Below, piece by piece: positions 12,506-25,089 of a DNA stretch of 64,000 bases. A model generated the notes under the pieces. That model searched no databases and was not told the DNA's origin. It worked only from the letters and a program-made list of their open reading frames with translations. The translations under genes and the position numbers were made by a program. Positions within the stretch are counted from its first letter, which is position 1. Each line of letters opens with the position of its first letter. Origin of the DNA: Azolla caroliniana (lineage: Eukaryota > Plantae > Polypodiophyta); the NCBI GenBank assembly GCA_043228905.1, contig JBHGNT010000051.1:1-64000 (forward strand), written 5' to 3'.

Positions 12506-15500
12506 TGTTAGGAAACAGGTCCCTCCGGATGAGGAGTACCTAGCTATGGATGACCCGGTGAGAACCGGATGACGAGTACCTGGCTACGGAGAGCCGGATG
12601 GTGCAGACCCGATGAGAGCCGGATGATGCAGGACCGGTGAGGAATGCTCACCGGATGAAGAGACATATTGGTAAATATGTTTCTGATAGTCCATCGTGGC
12701 TATATTTGTAAATAGCTGAAAAGTCATATTAGTATAAATACGACTTAGAGAAAACTTTTGGTAGTGGTTGTCATTCTTGTTGGCGCAAGATTAGAGCACG
12801 CAACTATGTACAGAGAGAGTGAGAGAGAGGAAGAGGTCGTTGCCTCTGATTGTAACCGCCGCCTATGGCGAAGATAACAAGCTCGAGGTCGTGGCCTCGG
12901 TGCTTTCTTATTGTACATTCTGATATAGAGATAGTTTGCGGTTTGTGGGTTGTCTTGGTTTTTCCCGAGTTTGGGTTTTCCACGTAAACATCCTCTGTAC
13001 TCTTCTCTCTATCGTGTTGTACCTTCATTCCCTGTTTTCTGTGTTTTATTCTAGGCTCGGTTGTGGCCGAGCGTTGTTCATCCGGAGCGTGTAGTTCTTG
13101 TCACTACCAACCCGAGCCTACGAAATCCGTCCGACATAGGACACTGTTTCACTGACAAAACGCTACGAGAGCTGAAGATTGGTGGGGGTGGCTTCCTACT
13201 GCTGGCGGAAGAGGACCGCTTCATAAGAATGCTCGAGAGGCACAGGAAGGCCTTTGCATTCTCACTGGGAGAGATCGGGTGCGTCAACCCGACCATCGTC
13301 AAGCCAATGGTGATCTTTACAGTACCACACATACCATGGAGTCTCAAGCCGATCCTAGTACCAAGAGCTCACATGTCGATGTTGATGGAGTTTTTTAAGC
13401 AGAAAGTGGAGCTGGGCATCCTCAAACCGTCGAGTGCCCCCTATTCTAACCAGTGGTTTACGATACCAAAGAAGAACGGCACGCTGCGGTTCATCCAGGA
13501 CTTACAACCGGTCAACAAAGTGACCATCCGCAATACGGGAGTCAGGCCGTCGATTGATGAGTTTGCTAAAGCCTTCACCGGAAGGTCCATATACTCAGTC
13601 AGAGATCTTTACTTGGGATACGACCAATTCCAGCTCGCCGAGGAAAGCAGGGACATCACGACGATGCGGACCCCTCTCGGGCTAGTTCGAATGTGTACCC
13701 TACCACAGGGCGGAACCAACTTGGTGGCACACATGGTGAACACAATGAACAAAGTTCTAAAGGACTGCATCCCGGACATCACCATGCCTTTCCTAGATGA
13801 CATCCCTATCAGGGGGTGTCCGGAAGACGCTAAGGATGAGTCGATCGGCGCGAACGGGTGTTGAAGGTTTGTCGTGGACCACATCTCCGATTGTGAGAAG
13901 ATACTACAAAGGCTCGAGGCCGCACGACTTACCTTCTCGGGAGAAATGTCGGCTTTTGGGCAACCAGAGATATTTGTGGTAGGCCACCTATGTGGGCCAT
14001 ACGGCCGGAAGCCATCGCCAACCAAGGTAGAGGCCATCTCAGCAATGAAGGAGGAGTGCGGATCCATCACAGATGTCCGGTAGTTCTTGGGAGCATGCGC
14101 CTTCTACCACATATGGATCCTCATTACGTGCACGTTGCCGAACCACTCTACGGCTTGCTGAAGAAGAACAAGAAATTCGAATGGACGAAGGAACATACGG
14201 AGGCAATCCGGAAACTAAAACGAACGCTTACCGCGGCACCGGCTTTGCGCAAAGCGGAATACGCACCGGGAACTCCGGTCTACATCATTGTGGACACTAG
14301 CCCGACTAGGATCGGGTGGCTCGTAAATCAAGAGGACGAAGACGGCACCCGCTTCCCTATCCGGTTCGGTGCGAAGGTATTGAGTGAACGGCAGCAAGGG
14401 TACGCCTATGTCAAGCGCAAGTTGTGGGGTATCGTTAAAGATTACCTAATCAGGACAGAAGTAATTATCGAAACGGACTACTTGCACATTCTCGGTATGG
14501 TCTCCAGATGTGCATCTCCCGACCTGGCCATGCTCAAGTGGATTGCGTACATCAAGTTCCTGAACCCGGAGATACGACACATCTCAGGTAAAGACAACGC
14601 CATGGCCGATATGATTTCTAGAGCAATAGTTGAGGATGAGGACGGCATGGTATGAGAGAGTGAAGAAATCTGCGCAGGCTTCTTCAAATCAGCAAGGATG
14701 AGGATAAAAGGGCAAAGCGCTCCGCCCGTGAATGAGTTGGACGAAGATGACTATGACGGGGAGTGGCTTCTAATCGGGAGATTTCAAGAGACAATGACGA
14801 CAGACACCACGATGACTAAGGAGGAGGCCAGACAGCTTCGAAAGAAGGCATACCGATATTTCCTGCGGAATGGGAAAATCTGGGTGGTCCCAAAAAGGTG
14901 AAACAATGCGCCGCTCCGGGTAATAGCGCGGGCGGATGACCAATAGAAGCTGATGTCGGAGTTCCACGAGAGCGCTTGGTCTGGACACCGAGGTACATGG
15001 GCTACATTTGAGAAGTTAAAGGGAAAATATTGGTGGACAGGCATGTACAAGAGTGTGCACGACTTCGTGTCCACATGCGAAAGCTGCCAAATGCACTCGG
15101 TGGTTCGACACCGCGACGAACTACACCCAACTTATCCTCCGACCGTGCACTTCAAAAGGATGGTTGACTTAGTTACGATGCGGATGGGCGAAGGTCAGAA
15201 GCGATACCTAGTGTTGGCAAGAGAGGACCTAACCAACTAGGTAGAGGGACGAGCACTAACGAACAAGACCATCCCGGCCATATGCAAGTTTCTGATCGAG
15301 GATGTCATATGCCGATACGGGTGAGTGGGGAAGATCGTGGCTGACCGAGGAGAGCTAGATGCGGAAGAGGCCGACGAACTGTTCGATCGGTTAGGCGTAA
15401 AACTGTCCCTCACAACAGCGTACAACCCGGAGGTGAACGGAAAGATTGAATGAGGCCACGGTCCTATCATAAAGGCCATTGTATGCGCATGTGAAGGTCG

Positions 15501-16745
15501 AGTCGGCCGTATGCGTTATGGGAGGATAGGACTACCCACAGTTCGGTAATAGGGTACATGCCGCCAAAACTAATGTATGGATAGAAACCCATCATGCTAG
15601 TAGAGCGGACGATCTCCTTGTGGGCAGCGATCGATTGGACTAGCGAAATGAGCAGAGAAGAGTTGCTAACGGCACGAATCTGACAACTCGAGCGAAGACC
15701 GAAAGACGTGGAACGAGCCATGACAAGGGTGAGAGAAGCAAGGATCCGGATCAAAGCTCGGTTCGACCGAACGAACCAGCTCCGGCCAAGGAAGATTGAG
15801 GAAGGCGACTGCGTGTTAGTCTACGACAGCAGCCTCGACAACCAGCATAGGTCTACGCGCAAGTTCGTGAAGCGATGGTTTGGGCCGTACGTGGTAAATA
15901 GAATCAACGACAACGCCACATACCATCTTGCGGAGCTCGACAGGACGCGAATTACGACTCTGGTGGCCGGGCAACGAATAAAAGCCTTCAAGAAACGGAA
16001 CGAGGAAGAACCGGACCGGGGAGCCGAAAGCGCTAGTTCAGGAGAGGAGGACGAGTAACCGATGGCCCGGAATCCTCCACTAAATTCACTATCCGACACA
16101 TATCGGAGGATGTGCGGTTTAGTGGGGGTGGATGTCGTGAAGATTACGGGCCATAGGTAGAAACAAGGTGAAACGCGCAAGAACACCGGTGTCGAGCCTT
16201 TCGGCTCCGGATCGTTGCGTGAGTCAGGTGGGAACCGCTGGGGTTTTGGACTAGGAAGAGGAGAGTTTTAAGGCTAATAAGAATATAAATATGTTGTAAG
16301 AAAGAGTTATAGCAAACTCGTGAATCCCACGAGTGTATTGTATTAGATTAATCAATATGAATATAAGAATATAAACTTCGGTTGAAAGAGAATGATATAG
16401 AATTCTCGTGAATCCCACGAGTATAGTTTATTAATTGGTGTTTTTTAGAAACATATCTAGTTTCCAAATATTTTTCACACACAATTACATTGTGCTTCCC
16501 ATCCTTATGTAGTGATGAGGAAGTCTTAGTAATCCATGCTTTTTCTCTAACTATAGACCCCATGCTTTTCCTATAGATAGACTATATGCTTTATCTAAAG
16601 TGATCATGCTTTTTCTAACTTGTGCGTTTTTTATCATGCACGCTAGATGTGTATGTGTAGCTTTTTCTTTTGTTATGCGTTTTTCTAATGTTTATCCTAG
16701 CGTGAATTTACCTTTCTATGTGGGACATCTATGCTTTAACACTAA

Positions 16746-16818
16746 TGAAATGCTAGTGTAATGGTAAGACATTACATTATTAACATGGAGGTGCAAGGTT
16801 CGAATCTTGCCCTATGCA
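16746..16818 (+). other. tRNA-like Pol III A/B-box sequence inside the LTR of D (antisense to the element)
   Basis: A-box-like TAGTGTAATGG at 16754-16764 and B-box GGTTCGAATC at 16797-16806, with tRNA-like spacing. The cloverleaf is degenerate. Confidence 0.5.
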
Positions 16819-17262
16819 TGTTCCATTTATTTTGCTATTTTCTTCTATTTCTTCATTTTTTATTGAATCTAATACTATATACGTTTTTCACGTAGTGTAC
16901 AAAATACACTACGACACTCGCCCCCTCCAAACCCGCACATCCTCCGGTATGTGCCGAAGTTGTTGGTGTTTGTTAGTCTCCTCCGTCCGGTCTCTACCCG
17001 ATTGGTTTCGTTGCCGGCTCGTAGTACCCTCGACTTCTCTTGTTATGTTGACTTTGTCTCTCCATTTGGAGCACATCCATTCTTTCCACACGAACCATTG
17101 TCGACATCCGATCCACCATAGTCTTCGTTCGCTTTTTGCATGGCCCGCTTGGTCCTTGTCATCCGCGGTAGTATCTTTTCTTGCCCTCTTTCTTTTCTTC
17201 ATCAATCTCGACTTCTTTTCGGATTTTCGGTTTAGTCGGATTAGCTTACTTCCGATTCGGTC

Positions 17263-18960
17263 TCATCGGATCGTCTTTCGTTTAGTTCGGCTTCCTTTCC
17301 GATTTGTATTCGGTCGATCCGGACTCGGTTGATCGGTTTTTACCGATTCAGTGCTCTTTCGGGTCGGTTTCTTTTCTTTTCTTTTCGTCCGGATTTGCTT
17401 TCTTTTCTTCGTTTTCACCTGCCTTGTCCGGTTCGACTTTCGGCACTTCTTTCCGTTGTTCGCTACGTAGGTCCTCCGATATGTGCTCGTTGTTCGGTCC
17501 TCGTGTGGTTGTAATGCATGCTTCTTTTCTCGCCGTAGCGCGTGCTTCTTTATTCGCCATAACACGCGTTTCTTTATTCGCCGTAGAGCGTGCTCTGTAT
17601 TACACGCTTCTCCCGTCGTAGACCCGACCTCCGCATTGTCGCACTTTCTTTTAGATTGGAATTTCGGATGGATCATTTTCCATCCGAACCGACTTCCGAC
17701 TTTACCTTCCTCGCCGCCATCTCCCGTCTCTCCGGTCTCACGTTGGTTCTCGGACACAACCGCCGAAGTCTCTAGATATTGTTGGCATGAATCCTCGGTA
17801 TTACCTTCTTTCGTAGTTTCACCCTTAGCATTCTTCTCGGCTATCTCTTCATCGTATTCGTCGGCTTCGACATTCGTTTTCTCTCCGCCACCTTCCGTCT
17901 CTTCGGTCTCACGTTGCCTTTCGATCGCAACCGCCGGAGTCTCTGGAATCAGTGGTGGGGAAGTCTCGATATGGCAATCCGCCATTGATTCGTCCATAGC
18001 CACCTCCGATTCGATTTCGTCTTTTGTGGCTACCTCCTTAATCACATCCGCTTCACACTCTTTATCTGCATCAATTATGCAAACATCTATTATGCTTACC
18101 CCTTTTTGACCCGATGTCTCGGGCACTTGTATCCCGAAATTTCCTTCTACACTTGAATTATCGGCCTTATCCTTCGCCATCGTTCTTTCACAAGACGAGT
18201 GGGTGTCTTGTTCCACTCTTTCTCCCGTGGTACCATCATGTTGTATTTCGGCCTTCATATTGGCTTCATCGTTTTTCCTCAATCAACCATCCTTCATGGG
18301 CCATGTCGTTGTTGACGAGATTCTCAGCTTCCTTTCATCATGTCTTCGGCATACCCTTTCGACTTTGGCCCAATCCTCGGTAAGGCCGCTCGCACCGTCA
18401 TCATCTTCGAGTTCGATCCCAATGTCCATCCTTTCTTTCCGATCGATCGATCTTACGAACATTAAGACTTTATCTTCTCCCACCAATCTTCGTTCCCGCT
18501 CCGAGAGTCGAGCAAAACGATGCTCGAACTCTAGGAACGCTTGCGTTGCACTTCGGTGAGTCTTCTCCGACGCCACCCATTCGTCGAATTCTCGTCGATC
18601 TTGTCCCGTCCATCTCTCATAGTCATATGCCTCCTGTAAAGCTTCTTCAAAGGACTCCCATGTCGAGTTTTGTTGTTGTATCTTGTGGATTCTCTCTTGT
18701 AGTTCGTCCGAGGCCACCCGACTAAAGGATATCACTTGCAATCCTTCCGGTATCCGATATTGCATCATCTCCGCCTTATATTCACGTAGGTAGCGTGACA
18801 CACCCTTACCGTTGAATTCCCCGTTTCGTCGCAGAAGCCGCTCTACTGCCACCTTCATCTCTGACATCGCACGTTGTTCTTGTTGCATCCGCTCAAACAT
18901 TATCATCATCATGTTCATCGCCTCTTGTTGATTCTCCATCTCCTTGCCACCCGTCTTCAC
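17263..18960 (-). pseudogene. Gag-like ORF of element D with a charged low-complexity C-terminus (one in-frame TGA at ~18283)
   Basis: ORFs 18283-18960 and 17263-18282 abut in the same frame. The N-terminal half aligns by eye with element C gag (FNGKGVSRYLREYKAEM versus FSGKDATSYLASYQAEM). Confidence 0.75.
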
Positions 18961-20185
18961 GTCGGGTTCACCAACTGCGGTCGTGCCTTTCGACTCACCG
19001 GTTTACGCGAGTGCACGCCTCGAGAGAATTAAATAGGGAAAGTACTAGGCATGAGTATATGGAGGGGTACTACGTAGTTAAGGGCATTAAAGGAGAAATA
19101 GACATTGCATATGTAGGGAGAGTTACGAGGGGAGAGAATCTAGGAAGGGAAAGCGACGGGTCATGAATACTTGTAACGGTCGCTCCTTGTGCTATAAAGG
19201 AGGCGACCTTCGACTGTCTTATGGAGGCCATCAAGAGGAGAGGGGATGCAGAGAGAGGTGTAAGGACTGATCATCGGAAGGTGCTTTCCTTGCACGCGTC
19301 AGACGCCCGAGTGCTCCCGACCAGGGGATCGACCTTCAGCGTGCCAACGTAGCTTCATGTCTGGCTATTGCCAAGCTCTACTCTCCATCACCGCCTATGA
19401 TCCGGTTGTAATCACCCACATCACCTTGCACATGTGTTGTTTAATAGAAACCTTCTCTACCTAACAAACGTTGTTCTCAATGTCTTGCCTGTTGTCGTGA
19501 AGAAAACCGTCCCTTAGCGCAATCGGTGCATAACGCGCGTGAACCGGCTCTTCACGCGTGCACGCCCTTTAATGTATATAATAGGGAATTAGGTACATAG
19601 GCATATCCGGGGGTAGTTAGATTTGGTAGGTAGGAAGTAAATGAGGGAGACGGCTCCCTTCCTGACGCTATAAAAGAGAGGGAGACGCGGGGGAGAAGGG
19701 GATCGCGCATTGAGGAGGACGAAGTGCTATTGAACCGTAACCGAACGCTTCTCCTCTGTTCATTCTGCATCGCTCCTCTCTACAGAATTTCGGGAGGCTC
19801 GCGCTGCTTCGAGGAACGCCCGTGTGCTTCCGGCAGCACCTCCATCCTATCCCCTTTCGTGCGCAGACGAACAGGCATCGGCATCTGTTCGCCAGCCTGT
19901 TCAGTTGTAACCGCTCACGTGCTCTGTTGTTTTGTGTCATTTGATAATATACAAACATTCGTGTCTCTCTGTCTCTGTGTCCATTCGTGTTTTTTGTGTT
20001 GACGGGCCGTGTCCCTATGTTTCTTTGCTCATACGTTACCGGTCGTCTCTCTCTTTCTCTTTCCCCTCCTATCACCTGCTCTTCGGTCCAAGACCCCGGT
20101 GGTCCCGCCTCGTTTCTCCACGCACGCGCGTAACAACGCGACATCTTTGGTGAACCCGACGTGAAAGGCGGCAGAGGAGCAAAAG

Positions 20186-23100
20186 ATGAGGGGGTCGGAT
20201 CTTGCAGAGGCCATGGCTTTGGCCGTGGACCGGATAGTGAGCGCGCGCAAGGGCACCGGCACCCGTGACAGGGCTATGGAGGCGATTGTCGGTATGATCG
20301 GCCGGTTCAGTGGAAAGGATGCCACGAGTTATTTGGCGTCCTACCAGGCGGAGATGTTGATGAGGGATATTCCGGAAGAGAGGCGTCTTGCCGGATTCCC
20401 TCGAGTGGCGATGCCGGGCATCCATGTGGAGGTGCTCGAGGTCCGGGCGGAGAGCCGGACCTGGGAGTAGTTCGAAGGACGGCTCCTGGAGAAATACAGG
20501 CTGGATGAGGCGCTTCAACTTTCGAAGCGGGGCTTCATGGAGTGGGTGGAGTCCCCCGACAAAGGAAGAAATGCGTCGCCACTCCTCCGGGAGTTTGAGG
20601 ATCGCTTTGCGCGCCTTTCGGCGCTCGATCGGACCGTTCTGGACACAAGTTGTGTCCTACTGTTTGTCAAATCGGTTGACGCACGGGATCGGGAGCAAGT
20701 GGGCTCCTTACTGGAAACCGAAGACGAGCTGACGGACGTTTTGACAAACGGTGGGAGTGGTCTGATACAGGGTCGACCGGGGCGGGTCCTGTCGCAGCAA
20801 GGAAGCTCAAACCGATACCACAGGCACGACGGGAAGAGACCCGGGAGTCGCTCGAAACCGGTTCGGCTTTGACCGGTGTGGTCAGAGGCTCGTCCGGGGG
20901 GACAACTTTGGAGGAGTTGACACGGGCGGTAAAGGATCTCCAGATCGCTCAGGCTCGGAGGGAAGGCGGCGATCAAGCTCGTGACCGACGGCCTCCAGCA
21001 GGAAATACGTGCATGTGGTGCGACGAGGTCGGCCACATTCGGAAAGACTGCGGGGACTTTGCGGAGGCTTTGAGAAGCCGGGTAGTGTACCTGTGGGAAG
21101 GTCGGGTGCACGCCAGCGATACCCGGAGGGCCCTCAACCGAAACGACGGGCGAGGAGGAATGAAAAGGCTGATGGAAGAGGCGGCGGCCCGGCACGCGGA
21201 GACCGTCCACTACTCAGCGTCAGTCGGCATTCGGGTCGGAGGCAGCGAGGCCCGGAAGGAGAGCAAAGCCAGGTTCTGGCCGACGGTGCTGGAAGGCCTC
21301 GCCGGTGCCCGACTAAAGAAAGACGAGACGAACCACGCAGAGAAGCAGGTCCAGGAGGTAACCGGGTGGAGTGACCCGGTCGAAGAAAAGACGGGGTTCG
21401 TCGAAACAGCTTGCCAGAACTACGAGGCTCTAGTTGAAGACAAACGGGTAGGTAAAACCGGAGGGGCCGGACCCTCAGAGAGATACGAAACCCGATTCGG
21501 GCCAAAACGGAACGAGGCCAGTGAGTCCAGTGCCCGGGATAACCACAAGAAGGGCGGATACCGTTTGGGCACAAAGATCGAAAGGACCACGGACCTACGA
21601 AAGGTCCTGGAAGAACGAATCCTCGACAGCAAGGTGGAACTGTCGTTGTGGGAGGTGCTCGGAATCGCCAAGAAGGAGTTACACGACTCCATCGTAGACT
21701 TGGTGAAGAGGAAGAGGCTGTCGACGGAGGCAGAACCGGAAAGGCTGGTGGAGGTGCGGACGACGCACATGGAGGACATGGCGATGGAAGACGAGTGGGC
21801 AGAGAGCCACTATTCGAGGCCACACTAGGCCCGAGCGACCACGGAAACCCCGGTGAAGACCGGTGGTGGCGCTAATGGACCACGGTTCGGAAATAAACCT
21901 GATGTCCATGGACTTCTACAAGAAGGGGAAATGGCCGATCAACACCAAGCATGGGTGGAAGATACGGGCGGCTACACGCACCACCGAGGAACTACACGGG
22001 GCCTGCCCAAACGTGCGAGTTAAGATCGGCGACGTCGAAATAGACCATCACTTCTTTGTACAGGAGACGTCCTCGCACCCGGTCATACTGGGAGAACCGT
22101 ACATTACGGCAGCGCGGATGGAGACCAAGGTGCTGGACAACGGGTCGGCTTACGCGAGGGTCAAGAGTCAGGACGAGCGTCATTCGGTCTAGTTCCTGAC
22201 GGTGCGACCGAACCACGAGCAAAACCGCGAGTCCCTCGGTGGCGAGAACCGAGAGGATTTTTAGAGAGGGTTGTCAAGGCGTGGGGCCGCGACAGTCCAG
22301 ACACTCCGGGAAAACCCCACAAATGTACGATAGAGGCGAAACCGAAGAAACCTTGTACCATAAGTAGGAAGTTTTGTTTCTCCGACAACGGAGGGTGTAC
22401 GATAGTCGGCGTCGTTGGCCGAGAAAAGACAAGGGCGGAAGCGCGACTTCGGGCGTGCGGAGTTCTCGAGCCCAGCGAGGAAATCAACGGAGCCATGGAG
22501 GCGGTCTCCTTCGACGATACCTTGGGAATACTAGCCGTGGAGAGCAGAGACATTACGACGATGCGGACTCCTCTCGGCCTAGTGCGGATGTGTACCCTGC
22601 CGCAAGGAGGGATGAACTCGGTGGCCCACATGGTGAATGCGATGAACAAGGTGCTGAGGGATTGTATCCCAGACATCACCATGCCATTCTTGGACGACAT
22701 CCCGATCAAGGGATGTCCGGTGGAGGAAAAGGACGAAACGATCGGACCGGACGGATGTCGGAAATTCGTGGCGACACACATTGGCGACTGCAAGAAGGTG
22801 CTACAGAGGCTAGAGGACGCGAGGCTCACCTTCTCCGGAGAGAAATCGGCCTTCAGGCAATTAGAGATCATGGTCGTCAGACATCTATGCGGACCGTATG
22901 GCCGGAAACCGTCTCCGGCTAAGGTAGAAGCCATCTCCGCAATGAAGCCCGACTGTAACTCGGTCACGGAGGTACGGAGGTTCTTGGGAGCATGCGCTTT
23001 CTACCACATATGGATCCCGCATTACGCCCACATTGCTGAGCCGCTATACGGGTTGCTGAAAAAGGGGTGAAAATTCGAGTGGCGGGACGAGCATACGGAG

Positions 23101-25089
23101 TCGGTCCGAAAGATGAAGGAGGCTCTTGCTGCAGCTCCGGCACTCCGGAAGGCTGTCTACGAGAAAGGCACTCCCATCTACATAACGATAGATACGAGTC
23201 CGACCGGGATCGGATGAGTCGTCAACCAAGAAGATGAGGACGGCATTCGGTTCCCAATCCGGTTCGGCGCGAAGGTCCTCAACGGGCGACAACGAGGATC
23301 CGCCCAGGTAAAACGCGATCTGTGGGGTATCGTTTCGGCGGTAAAGGTCGATAAAGACTATCTGATCGGGAGAGAGGTGATTATCGAGACGGACTGCCTG
23401 CCGATTCTCGGCATGGTTTCCGGATGCGCAACCCCGAACTTGGCAATGCTCAGGTGGATAGCGTACATCAAGTCCCTGGATCCGGAAATACAACACATTT
23501 CCGGGAAAGATAATGCCATAGCCGACATGCTTTGGAGGGCGCGATTCGACGACGAGGGTGGCATGGTTTCGGAAGACAAGGAAGTCGGCGTAGACTTCTT
23601 CGAGGCGGCCTACGTAACAACCGAGGGAGGGAGCACTCCGGCGCTTAACGATTTCGACGAGAGCAAGTATAGCGGGGAGTGGCTGCAGATTGGGGGATTC
23701 TTGAGGACGATGATGCCGACCGCGTCATGGACAAAGAACGAGGCCAACCGGATCCGGAAGAAAGCGTACCGATTCTTTCTTTGGGACGGATACTTGTGGA
23801 AGCACCTGAAGAAGAGAAATGGCATCCCGCTCCGAGTGGTGGCGATGAAGGAGGAACAGGAGGAGTTGCTGAAGGCCTACCACGACAGCCCTTGGGCTGG
23901 ACACCGTGGAACGTGGGCCACGTTCGAGAAACTAAAGTGGAAGTACTGGTGGCCGGGACTGTACCGGGATGTGCATCGGTTTGTGACAACTTGTGAGAGT
24001 TGTCAGATACACTCCATAGTCTGACATCGGGACGATCTTCACCCTACATAGCCTCCGGCCATCCACTTCAAATGGATGGTAGATTTGGTGACGATGCCGA
24101 TGGGTGTAGGGCAGATGCGATATTTGGTGCTGGCCCGGGAGGACCTGACAAACCAGGTGGAAGGCCGAGCCCTGCAGAACAAAACGACCGCAGTCGTGTG
24201 TCGGTTCTTGATTGAGGACGTGATATGCCAGTACGGGTGCGTCGGGAAGATCGTGGCTGAAGAGGCCGAACAGGCCGAGGAGCTGTTCGACCGGTTAGGG
24301 GTCAAGCTCTCGCTCACCACAGCGTACAATCCGGAGGCGAACGGGAAGGTGGAGCGCAAACATGTTCCGATCGACAAAGCGCTAGTCTGGGCATGCGGAG
24401 GCTAGGTCGGGAACTGGCCACGACTGTTACCTTATGCCTTGTGGGCAGACAGGACAACACACAGTTTGGTAACCGGGTTCATGCCGTCAGAGCTCATGTT
24501 CGGACAGAAGCCGATCATGCCGATGGAACGAACGATCTCCTCTTGGGCGACAGTGGACTGGAGAGACGAGATGAGCCGGGAAGAACTGCTAGCGGCGCGT
24601 ATATGGCAGCTCGAGCGGAGGCCAGAGGACGTGGAACGAGCGGCGAAGAGACTTTAGACGGCGAGGATGAGGAACAAAGCCCGGTTCGACCGAACGCACC
24701 GGCTCCGACCAAAGAAAATCGAGGAAGGCGACTGGGTGCTAGTCTACGAGAGCAACCTCGACAGCCAGCACCGGGCAACACGGAAGCTTGCAAAGCGGTG
24801 GTTCCGGCCTTACGTGGTAACGAGCGCCAACGACAACGGGACGTATCACCTAGCGGAACTCGACGATATGAGGATGGCAATACCAGTAGCAAGGAAGCGG
24901 TTCAAAGCGTTCAAGAAGCGCCACGACGGCGAACCGGATCTAAGAGGCCTGGACAGCGACAACGAACAGTCCGAAACGGAGGACGAACCGATGGACGAAG
25001 AACCGGAACTCGGACCGGTTTTCTCCAACCAGAGCACAATTTTGGCGCATACCGGTGGATGCGCGGTTAGGTGGGGGCGGATATCGTGA
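20186..25089 (+). pseudogene. Gypsy C gag-PR / pol, with stops and an internal deletion at ~22530
   Basis: gag with CMWCDEVGHIRKDC; PR DHGSEIN (21863-22264); RT FLDD (22495-23070); RNase H; integrase; C-terminal WFRPY module. Confidence 0.9.
22255..22320 (+). promoter_or_regulatory. Putative -1 frameshift signal plus pseudoknot, element C
   Basis: GGATTTT at 22255-22261, then TAG; the -1 frame is open into RT. Stem 1 is gggttgtc (22268-22275) with gacagtcc (22291-22298), and stem 2 is gtgggg (22281-22286) with ccccac (22315-22320). Confidence 0.75.

Larger units (their letters stand above)
7012..13103 (+). mobile_element. Ty1/copia element E, full-length but degraded
   Basis: LTRs at 7012-7678 and 12506-13103, PBS TGGTATCAGAGC (tRNA-iMet) at 7682-7693, PPT gtgaagggggag, and TSD ctaca/ctacc. 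Confidence 0.95.
4910..16058 (+). pseudogene. Gypsy B gag-PR / pol, many stops, interrupted by copia E at 7012-13103
   Basis: Protease ORF 6134-6559; RT 13104-14083 (LPQGGTN, PFLDDIPI); RNase H 13990-14655; integrase 14953-15479 (GHRG…C..C); GPY/F module 15708-16058 (WFGPY). Confidence 0.9.
16190..18997 (-). mobile_element. Non-autonomous gag-only gypsy derivative D, inserted in B's 3' LTR
   Basis: TSD CCGG at 16186-16189 and 18998-19001. 3' LTR at 16190-16916, PPT at ~16917-16928 and tRNA-Trp PBS at 18956-18973. The 5' LTR is reduced to ~19 bp (18979-18997). No pol. Confidence 0.8.

Noticed and set aside
16814-18559. Long plus-strand ORFs over element D, and many other short ORFs in the track
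   Set aside because: They are antisense or alternative-frame shadows of TE coding sequence, LTRs or satellite, with no independent protein motifs.
18956-18973. Perfect match to a tRNA-Trp 3' end including CCA
   Set aside because: It is only 18 nt with no tRNA body. It is the PBS of element D, not a tRNA gene.
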